From Nemertoderma westbladi (taxonomy: Eukaryota > Animalia > Xenacoelomorpha), in NCBI GenBank assembly GCA_032718475.1, contig JAUCBJ010005300.1, positions 1-42,419 of the forward strand: a DNA stretch of 42,419 nt, given 5' to 3'. The notes beneath the pieces are model-generated. The model had not been told where the DNA came from, ran no database searches, and saw nothing but the letters and a program-made list of their open reading frames with translations. Every line of letters starts with the position of its first letter. The first letter of the stretch is position 1. This document shows positions 32,522 to 42,419 of the stretch, one piece after another. A program made the position numbers and the translations under genes.

Positions 32522-34679
32522 GTAATTGCGGGCTATCGGAATGTGTTGGTATCTGTGTCATAGACAGTTTGTCTGTTGCCCTATCTATATTAATGTATAG
32601 TGCTAAAACTGTACTGTTTAAATTTGGTTAGCCCACGTGAACGCCGAATACCCTTACCAATGCATTTCAATGGTCAACCAGCCATACTTTGCCGCACTGT
32701 AAATTGTGTTATACAAAGTAAAGAATAACGATAGAGGCAGGAATAAAGATAAATGATTCAAGCGCACTAATTGGCTGTTCCTATAGATGTTTTAGGCATT
32801 GTAGGTGCGCAATGCATATGGTCAGAGCGACCGCCCAGTCTGCCAAAATCTATTATGTAATCAAATGGTACCACAAGCCAAGCAAAGCATGTGACAGTTC
32901 TTTCCGACTCTGCACCTGTTTGTTTGAAGGTCGCCGACCGTGGGTCGCTACTCACTAGCTGTGATTGATAGTTTAAACTGGGTGCCGCTTTGCCAGAAGG
33001 CGGTACACATCAATTGAATATGAGGCAAACATTTAAAATATGCTCAAATATAAATGCCAGCGGCAGGGGATATTTTAATATCTCTATTAAGCTAAAACAA
33101 CACAAGATTGTAGCCGTTCTATCGTACTTGAAAGTCTAAATCCTTTCTTAGTTTTTAAGAAGGAATTCTCGCGCTCTCGTCAACATAGTTATCATATTAA
33201 TTAAACAGTAAAGGTAGTACGGGTTGACCTGAGGTCATTATAATGAAACTGCATATACACAGAGATGCTACAGTGCAGTTTCTCTTATATTAATTGTTAA
33301 TCTGATATTGTATTATGTTATTAAAATAATCAATCTTGTCAAGCATTAATCTTGTTTCACTAATTATGTTTCATGTATTATTTGAATGAATGTTTTTTAG
33401 AAAGACTTTAGGGTGCCGTAAATTCAATTTGTACTTGCGACCGAAAACCCATCCCGTAATGACCTCTCAGGAACCTCAATTTGATAAATTAATGGGAATA
33501 TAGCTTCTATGCAACAACTGGCCAACACACAAGTATCACTTTGTTGCCCGCATAATATTGTTCCCCGAGAATGCCTCTGCCTCTCAGTTAACTTACCACG
33601 AGCTGTCAATCAGGAATACCTCGGAGTTTATTTTCTCAAAGAATTAAAAGTGCCGCAAACTACCTCAAAGTGACATTTCTCAAAGAATTCAAAAAATTCA
33701 AAGTTCCTAAAAGCAGGAAATCACTTTCAGATTCCCAACTAAAAGTGTCTACAAGAATTCAAAGCGGCGGCCGTTGGGAGTAATGTAGACTTTTAGACAC
33801 TTTTAGAAAAACTTTGAGAAAATCTCAAAGAACAGATGCACTTTGAGACCCCGACTGTATTTTGTTAGTGTTTATATTTTTTTTTAATAGTTCATTATAT
33901 TTTATTAGTTCATTTATATAATTCATTATTAGTTATTTTGTGCTTCTATTTTATTTGGTTTGTTTTATTTGTAATTTGTTTTTTAAATAATGGATATTAA
34001 TAAATGTCGTTGTTGTCAATCAATACTTTTCTTATCGTAATGCTAATTAATTTGAGGATGCTAATCTTGAGCAATAGGCTGCCACTGGAGAGCCAAAGGC
34101 TCGACAGAGTCTTATGAGGAATAAATAATGCAGCCTTTTTAACGGAACATGAGAACCAACATAAACACCAAAGTAAAACCTCATAAGATAGCATTATGGT
34201 GTACCCCCTCGGAAGTAGGCACTTTGCTTTGATCTTTTTTAGGTCGATTTTTAAAGGATTTTTCCAGGAGAACAGCACAAGCTAGAACGATTCTGTTTGC
34301 GCGATCTTATAGATGTCACGAGCGCGCACAGCAGAGAGATATTTGGCAAAAATCTTTTAATTAATTAATTAGTAATTAGCGATTAAAGATTTCTAATTGA
34401 TTTTTCTCGAAAATTATTAGGTTTTTCCCCTAGCAACGGTGTTTTTTTTGTTCATCTCGGTAAGATCTAAAAAAAAGTTCAGTCATCGCTATGACCCTCC
34501 TATTACTGTTAATTAGTACTAATTAGCCGAAAAACTAATTAGCGTCGTAACTCGAAAACACTAAGAGCTATGAAAAAACGTAACATCACAAAGTTGTTCG
34601 GAATTTTATTCTACACAAAAAAGTCTGTGGCGCCGATGCCGTATCTCCTACCGTTAATTAGTAATTAATAGCGTGCTCG

Positions 34680-36840
34680 ATGGTTGTGATACAGACTCCC
34701 TTGCTGTTGGGTGCAGTTTGCCCGTCGGGCCTGTCGACTTTCTTTGCATTGGATATATCATCGGGGGTAACGGGCCCCTCCATATCTCTGTCTCATACGA
34801 CTTATTTGGGTCTGAAGGGTTTGGGGTTTTTGTTCTTGGTTGAGTGTACTGCTGATATTGCAATGGGGAAATGTCACCCTGCCCCCCCCCCCCCCCCCCC
34901 CCACCAATTTTTATATTTGGTACTGTGGTTGATGTTACCATGTTAGGGCCCATGCATCTATCGGCAATAGCTCCCCCCTCCCCCGGGTATATATTATATC
35001 CTTGCATATTATAGTCATACTGGTGTGCAGGTACCGGTACAGGCCTATCCACTTCTTGCCTACCTACCAGTATGTATGCCGCGACTTCCGGGTCTAATCC
35101 CATTGTCCACGCTACCCTATCGCCTACACTATTTCTTCCAGCATGGCCTATAGTATGTGCAGTAAGGCCTACAGTATGTCCTGCAGTCTGCCTGTGTCCT
35201 TCCGGACCAAAGTTTAATCTTCTCGAATATTCCAAGAAGTCCACCCCACGACTACCATATTCTCGATCGGCAGCTACGTTCCATCGGGAAGTTTCTCTTC
35301 GATCCCCTCTCCTGTCCTCATCCTCGCACTGGTACATCCTGTACCCATCTCCCGGTGTGTGGTATATCTCACCAGGTTATGTCCCTCCGGGGCGACGGCA
35401 ATCTCCCGGATTGTGACCCCACCGGCTCTCTAACTCCATCTCGACTACCGACGGTTCACTGTCTGTCCTTCCTCTCCGGTTGCTCGTAGCAATGCTCCTT
35501 CTATTCTCTTCACTGCGTCTCAATTAAGTGCAGTGATCCTCCTCGTGAGATCTCGCTTCGACCTCCCAGATAAACTCTAGTGTTCTTCTTCCATCTTCCG
35601 ACTGGGCTTGACGTTTTCTCGCTCGCCCACTCGCGGCACCAATGTCTCTCTCTCTCTGCCTGGTTGGACGGTTCTGGGGATATTCACAATCCCGCTACTA
35701 TTCTCTGTCGTCGGATGCTGCGGTTAACCTAACTCGCCACGCGCATTGTCCGCCGATTCTTGTGGGACATTATCCCCCCCCCCCCCCCCCCCCCCTCTCG
35801 CCACTAATTGCTTGTGGTGGGGTGCCCGTAGCCCCCCCCCCCCCCATCCGTGACCTCTTACTTCGCCCCTACGCCCCTCTCTAGTCGACACACTATCACT
35901 ACCCTTGCTGGGTTTACTCAACCCCGCTTCTCCCTGTGCAACTGCGTGGTCTTGCAGGCTCTCGTTGGGTTGACTCCCCCGCTACTCCCTGTGCAACTGC
36001 GTGGCCTTGCAGGCTCTTGTTGGCCGGGCCACCTGTTCCCCCTACATTTGTATTAATTGCACCATTATTGATTTCGCCCTGATTCTATACACTATTACTA
36101 ATGATATTATTTTGGTTAATTTCTTCAGGGTTATTTAACGTATTATTGTTACCTAAATTATTATTTAAATTATTTTGCTTAGAATTAGTGTTATTATTTA
36201 GATTATTTTGCACATTTAAATTAGGGTTATTATTTAGATTATTTTGCACGTTTAAATTAGGTTATTATTACCGGGTAAAATATTATTTCCTGCAAGAAAG
36301 GTTTGATTAGGGTTGTCTATTATGGTACTATTAATATTAACTCCTTCTAGCGTATTATTATTATTACCCTCCTTGCCCGTACGGTTACACCAGTCCTGGG
36401 ACTGTCGTCCGGTACCTGTAAGTGCACTTACAGGTACCGGACGACAGTACTTACAGGTACCGGACGGGTATTAACAAAGGTTTCCATTACCTCTGGTTCC
36501 TCGTAAATACTACCCGAACCAGCCTCACTCTCCGATAACCCCAACTTTGCCAGTTCTAACCGGCGCTTTTGCTTCGCTTGGTATTGCATAAGCCCCCTCA
36601 ATCGGGTATGCATATCATCCCCCCCACATCCGCTTGCCCGCTCTCTCTCCCTCTCTATCCTCCCTCATACTTTGGTTGGCCAATTCTGTCTCCCTCGCCT
36701 CCCGCTCTCTACGCTCGTTTGTTTCTCTCTCTACCATCGCCACCTCTCTCGCTTCTCGCTATTTGCGCTCGTTCGCTTCCATTTCAATGATCTCAACCTC
36801 CCGCATCTTGCGCTCGTTTTCCACTCTCACATCCTGCTCA
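34680..36840 (-). pseudogene. Decayed BEL-like gag N-terminal region, paralogue of the 40197-42419 copy
   Basis: QKRRLELAKLGLSESEAGSGSIYEEPEVMETFVNT aligns with QKHKLELANKGLSESDLGSSVYEEPRVVETFINT; same order of E/R-rich, N-rich and poly-G segments. Confidence 0.7.
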
Positions 36841-36844
36841 ATTC

Positions 36845-37830
36845 CTGTAGAACCCTGTGATTACAGACCTGTTAGTATCTTAAGTATTGTATCTAAAATT
36901 CTAGAACGTTCTGTTTTTCTACAGCTGGAGGCACATCTTAGTAGGCTAAATCTGATCTATGAACTTCAGTCCGGTTTTCGTAAATCATATTCTACAGACA
37001 CCTGCCTTATTAACTTAACTGATACAATTCGATGTAATAACGCAAAGGGTTTATATACTGGTATGGTAATGTTGGACCTACAAAAGGCTTTCGATACTGT
37101 AGATCATGAAATTCTGCTTGGTAAGTTAGGCCTGATGGGTGTAGGTTCTATAGACTGGTTCTAGTCCTACCTGTCAGACAGAGGTCAAATTGTAGTCATT
37201 AGCAAATCGCAGTCTACTGTACAAGAGATTACCTGTGGTGTACCACAATGTAGTATATTAGGTCCTCTGCTTTTTGTATAATATGTAAATGATATGATAA
37301 GTAGTATAGATCCCGATTTTAAACTCATTTTATATGCCGACGACAGTCTTATTTTCTCTCATAAAGATCCTATCCATATTTCCCAAAAGTTAAGTGCAGT
37401 TCTAAAAACCTGTAATGAGTGGTTGGTTGATAATAAGCTATCCATTCACTACGGTAAGACTGAAAGTATTTTGTTTGGTTTCAAAAAAAAATAAAGAAGG
37501 TAACTAAGTTTAAAATCACTAGTAATGGAGATAAGATTGAAAATAAATAGGAAGTTAAATATTTAGGCGCCACATTGGATAACTGCTTATCAGGAGAAAG
37601 TACAGTAAAAAATATTTTCTCGAAAGTTAACAGTAGGCTTAGGTTTCTATACAGAAATAAAAATAGTTTGAACACCGACTCCCGCAAGTTACTTTGCGCT
37701 TCTTTAATACAGTGTCACATGGACTATGCGTGCTCTTCTTGGTATGAAGGCTTAACCAAACAGCTTAAATGTAAATTACAAGTAGCTCAGAATAAAGTAG
37801 TACGATTTATTAAAGACTACAAACCGAGAG
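36845..37830 (+). pseudogene. CR1/L2-group LINE reverse transcriptase fragment
   Basis: DYRPVSILSIVSKILE, QSGFRKSYST, LDLQKAFDTVDH, GVPQCSILGP, YADD, KYLG, MDYACSSW; several stops and frameshifts. Confidence 0.9.
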
Positions 37831-39224
37831 AAAGCCGCCCCAACATTAGATTATTACAACAACATATCCATTGGGTAAGAAAGTGGAGGAGAGCCAGCCC
37901 GTCTCTTAATTTTTTACTTTATATTACGCGATCAATTTTCACTCATCTCGTCATGAACCCAACATGTATGTAACCTTTTGTTAAATTTGTTGGCTATGCG
38001 TTTGCGGTTGTTTGTGCGGTGTGTGGTAGGCCTACACTTTTCACACTTAAATATTTTGGTTGTGAAATGTTACAGGGCATAGCGATCTGAGATATTTCAT
38101 TTATATTTTATTATGAGAGGACGAAGAACATACAACGTTATTTACTATTTATATTCAACAAAATAATTGTTTTCGGGTTTAACTTGGAAGCCTCCCCAAA
38201 TAGTTGATATACAATTATATTTAAAATTATTTCCATGGTCATGGTCATTTACCCGTCTTTAGTTAGAAATTTGTTTGCATGAAAGACAGTTTAGTTTAGT
38301 TTTTACTGATTTATTATCTCTTATCTGACTGGAGTAATAATAACGGATAGGAAAAATGGAAGCAAAGTGTGACAATAACAAATATTTCCCCGTCACCCTA
38401 GCATGTCTTAAGTATATGATATATCAAAGGGGGAAGCTTGGATTCACTGCATAAATGCAGTTCACCAAACTTCCCCCGAAAGCACACTGTAACTTCCCCC
38501 TTCCCCCAAATATCCACTGTTGAATTAATTTGAAGCGATATAATAAGTACAAAATTGTGCGAGTTTTTAATTGTGTGGTCCATTATACAACCTTATGTTT
38601 TATTAATTTACCCAATCAAAGCCTCATAAGGGCCGGTTATTTGCACGCATATCCCCTAATGCGCTCAGTAAGGTTCAAACAACATATTAATATTAAAATA
38701 TACTACTCAGTAGTTTGTACGTCGTACAGTCGTTACGAAGTCTGAAAGTTATAGTCACCGAAACATTTCAGCTCGGAAATTATAATAGAGTCATTCCAGC
38801 CAAAATCGACAAATGTTGGTGGCACTATCTCTGAGATTTGGTTCAAAATTATTTTAAATGTGGCAAATAATGTTAATATAAATCGCTGAAAATCTTAGTT
38901 GATTTTAATTATTAGATCAGAAGTTATGGCTGGTCAAAGTTGGCAATTCCAGAAATTCAGTCCAAATTAAATTCAAATTATTTATGGTCTACATGCCGGG
39001 ACATTGCTAAAAACAAGTTTATAGTAAACATGGATAGCATTTTAAATAGTATACAAAGAATTATGACTTGCCCAATTTGTAGACCAAGAAGTAAAGCACT
39101 TTGAATTTTGGTAAACAATTAGTGAAAATTTCAAAATAAGACAAATTTAAAACCTTAATTTAAACAGCCCACATCGAAATAAAATAAAAACTGTTAGCTT
39201 ATCCAATTCCGCTAACACCCCATA

Positions 39225-39641
39225 AAGTGAGCCGTTAAGCAATATTGGGAGCACGAGGTTGATTACCCAACCTCGTGTCACCCCAACAAAGTGGGAAGGA
39301 GAAACGCACAATAAAGGGAAGAACTTCAGGGGAGGTAAAAGGGCGACAACAGGGTTATTAGCCAATGGGGGGAAGGCACCGGCTGAGTAATGTAACAACG
39401 GCCAACCCGTACAATATATTACCAGTTACCAGTTATTATGTTATCAGTTATCTCATTCTGTTAGTCGGTTAGCTAGGGCAGAGCGGTGACTTCTAATACC
39501 GTCCACTGCTATCATCATTCACCTATCAGACTATAATATCATCAACACTGTTATCTCATTCTTTTGTGCTTATAATATTATATTTATACCGCTACAGTGT
39601 CAACAATATTAGAACTATCAACAATACTCTTTTCACTCACA
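39225..39641 (+). repeat. Possible LTR of the element running off the window end
   Basis: Composition shift at ~39215; GTGAG...CTCACA inverted ends; followed by CGGCG (possibly a mutated TGGCG PBS); no partner LTR in the window. Confidence 0.3.
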
Positions 39642-40196
39642 CGGCGGGGACGCGTAATTGGAACAACCGGATAAACCGGGATCCTCCTTGGATCCCGTCA
39701 CAGTATTAGAACTAGAACCTGCCAGCCACCGATCTAAAGATAAACTAAAGTAAATAAAGTAAAGTAAAGATGAGCGACATAATGCCAACGCAGACCCCGG
39801 ACGAAGACCTAACGATCCGCGAGGCCGCGACCAGACGGTATAGGCCCACGACGCTGGACCCATCGGTAACGGGCCATCCGGCAGTTCAGGATGAGGGGGG
39901 CCATCGATGAAGGGGGAGTCGAGTCGAGAGAAGGAGAAAGCAAGTCGGGAGGAGAAAGAGACGAGTCGACACACGACGGCGGTCGACGTGCCGATGTCGC
40001 CGGCCAGCCACAGGCCGAGGGCGACGGACGGCCCACCGGAACGGCGACGGTGGGGCCGCCGGTACGACGCCGGACCCGGAGAGATGGAGGAGAGGTCGGC
40101 GACGAGGACGTCAGGGTCAGCAATCGACTTTGACGGGCCTACAACGCGACCCGGAAACTACTTAAAGAGGCCAAAGAGGGGGCGAGGATAGATGAG

Positions 40197-42419
40197 GTGA
40201 AGTTAAGGAGAAGACTAGGTGAGTCGAACAAACATTTTAGTTATCTAATGCGCTTTGGGCAGAGAGAACTGGCCAAGGAGAGAGCGAGAGCTATTGCCGA
40301 CGAACTGTATGATTTATGGCAGTGTAGGGGTATGCAGCCTAGTGTAGTGTACATAGGGCCATACTTAGTCGATGCCCGGGGAGTAAAATTGGTGGGTTGG
40401 AGGAGACCTGAGGAGGGCAAATCCGAGGTTAACCCCGAGGATTCGGTCTCATCGGTCGGAGGAATTTCCGGGAGGCGGGGGAGAGTTAGTAGGACGGGAA
40501 GGCAGAGGGAATCTGTCTCAACCGATAAGTCCGCTACATCCTCCATAAAAGAAAGACAGGTGAGGGAAATAAATGCGGCGTATCATCTTGATCTGATAAC
40601 GCAACACCAGAGAGAAGTAGAGAGACAGTTAGAGGAGGGAAAAGCGCTATTCGAGAAAGAAGTGGAACTGGTTAGAGAGACCGGAGAGAGGGCCGAGAGA
40701 GCCGCAAGAAGCTTCAGGGAGTACGAGGAAATAGGAAGGAAGGAACGAGAAGAGCGTGAGGCGAGAGAGGAGACTGAGTGTAAAGAGCGCGAGGCGGAAC
40801 GAGAAAAGCGTGAAGCGAGAGAGGAGAGTGAGCGTAAAGAGCGCGAGGCGGAACGAGAAAAGCGTGAGGCGAGAGAGGAGAGTGAGCGTAAAGAGCGCGA
40901 GGCAGAACAAGAAAAGCATGAGGCGAGAGAGGAGAGCGAGCGTAAAGAACGCAAGGCGGAATGTAGAGAACGCGAGGCGGAACGTAAAGAGCGCAAGGCG
41001 AGACGAGTGGAGAGAGTTGATAGAGAGAGGGAATCGGCCGAACAGAGCGCGCGGGAGAGTCGGGAGACAGTGGCGACGGGGAAGTGTGCACGGGATGAAT
41101 TACATGCCCGCCTATCGGGAATTATAGAATGTAAAACCAGACAAAAGCACAAGCTGGAACTGGCGAATAAGGGGTTGTCAGAGAGTGACCTTGGATCGAG
41201 TGTTTATGAGGAACCAAGGGTTGTAGAAACATTTATTAATACCCCACTCACAGGAACCGCATGACAGACCCGAGACTGGTGTGACCGTACGGGCGGGGGG
41301 GGGTAATAATAGTACTACAGTAGACGACGTTAATATTAATAGTACCGTATTAAATAACCCTAATCCCTTTATTGCAGGAAATATTTTACCCAGTAGTAGT
41401 AATTTAAATTCAAATGCGAATAATCTAAATAACAATTTCAATTTAAACGCGCAAAATAACTCGAGTAATAATTTAAATTTAGAAAATAATAATAATTCAA
41501 ATAATTTAAATAATGATCCAAACCCGAATTTACAAAATCATTCAAATAGTATAGTCACGCAGGATACCTCAAGTGATTTTATTTCGAACGAACAAAATAA
41601 TTCCGTTTCTAATATGGGTGCTATTAACGTGAACACGTCGGACGTGTATAACCCGACAGACGGCGGCCTGGTAGGCCACGTAGATAGTAGGCAGGAGGTG
41701 GCGGGGTTGAGTCGACCCGACGGCGGCCTGGTAGGCCACGTAGTTAGTAGGCAGGGGGTGGCAGGGTTGAGTCAACCCGAGGGGGGCCTGGTAGGCCAGG
41801 TAGTAGTAGAGAGAGAAGCAGGGGTGAATAGACCTAGCCGCAGTGGAAACATTGTGTCGACTGGAGAGGGGTGTAGAAGTGAAGTAAGAGGTAGCAGCGT
41901 GATATGTGGTGAGTGGGGGGGGGGGGGGGGGCTACAGGAGCCCCGCAACGAGAAGTTAGTGGCGAGCGGGGGGGGGGGGGGGGGGGGGGGGGGCTACAGG
42001 AGCCCCACAGCGGGAAGTTAGTGGCGAGAGGGGGGGGGGGGGGGGGGGGGCAGAGAGTGTCCCACAGGCGTCGGCGGATAATGCGCGGGCCGAATCAGGT
42101 AAACCGCAACACCCGGCGACAGAGAGTAATAGGGGGATTGCGAGTATCCCCAGCGGCGTGCGATCGAGCAAAGAGAGGCAAGTTGAAGTCGCGAGAGGGC
42201 GGACAAAGCGTCGAGCCCAATCAGAAGAGGAGAGCAGAATAGTGGAGTTTACCCGGGGGGTCGACAAAAGATCTCACGAGCCGGAATACTGCACTGAAAA
42301 GAGAAGGAGAGAGGATAATAGGAGAAGTATCGCCGCGAATGATAGGAGAGCGAGGACGGATAGCGAGCCGTCGGTAGTCGAGATGGAAAGAACTTCGGGA
42401 GATTGCCGTCGTCCTGGAG
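40197..42419 (+). pseudogene. BEL-like gag N-terminal region with 54-bp (EKREAREESERKEREAER) and 60-bp (DGGLVGHV..) repeats; truncated by the window end
   Basis: PEDSVSSVG motif, Ser-rich stretch and long coiled coil, as in BEL/Pao gag N-termini; TGA at 41262 is CGA in the paralogue; frameshifts fall in G runs; no core gag domain visible. Confidence 0.55.

Larger units (their letters stand above)
26702..33857. mobile_element. 7.2-kb TIR element (TA TSD, CAGTC ends) enclosing a LINE-like cassette; no transposase seen
   Basis: Perfect 46-bp TIRs CAGTCGGGGTCTCAAAGTGCATCTGTTCTTTGAGATTTTCTCAAAG at 26702-26747 and 33812-33857; TA at 26700-26701 and 33858-33859; subterminal CTCAAAG and TAAAAGTG motifs. 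Confidence 0.9.

Noticed and set aside
33725-33810. Interleaved inverted repeats as an HDV-like or hammerhead ribozyme at the LINE 5' end
   Set aside because: No catalytic core consensus found; explained by subterminal repeats of the TIR element
36634-37164. 176-aa ORF fusing a Ser/Arg/Leu-rich N-terminus to an RT
   Set aside because: Chance read-through from the antisense of the coiled-coil gag relic into a decayed LINE RT fragment

Overview
Eukaryotic, AT-rich, probably invertebrate DNA made almost entirely of nested transposable elements; no host gene, rRNA, tRNA or CRISPR is supported. Left half: a Ty3/Gypsy RNase H relic (~640-1040) is interrupted by a decayed BEL/Pao element (LTR 1041-1373, His-like PBS, gag-protease). 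That element is split by a young 17.8-kb BEL/Pao element (3077-20922; GAAAC TSD; ~1.24-kb near-identical LTRs), whose 5' LTR holds a TA-flanked TIR element that holds a 9-bp-TSD MULE-like MITE. The large element is unusual in three ways. It has no tRNA PBS; instead the 11 nt after the LTR are complementary to an 11-mer inside the LTR, a Tf1-like self-priming signature. It has an extra 628-aa ORF joined to gag-pol by TAATG. It has a 3' zinc-knuckle/basic-tail ORF in the env position. Right half: several MITEs; a 7.2-kb element with perfect 46-bp TIRs and TA TSD enclosing a tail-less LINE-like cassette whose ORF1, ~36x30-bp Pro/Thr repeat and APE-RT ORF2 share one frame broken by a single TGA; a CR1/L2-group RT relic; and two divergently oriented BEL-like gag N-terminal copies. 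All calls were read by eye; no database search was run.
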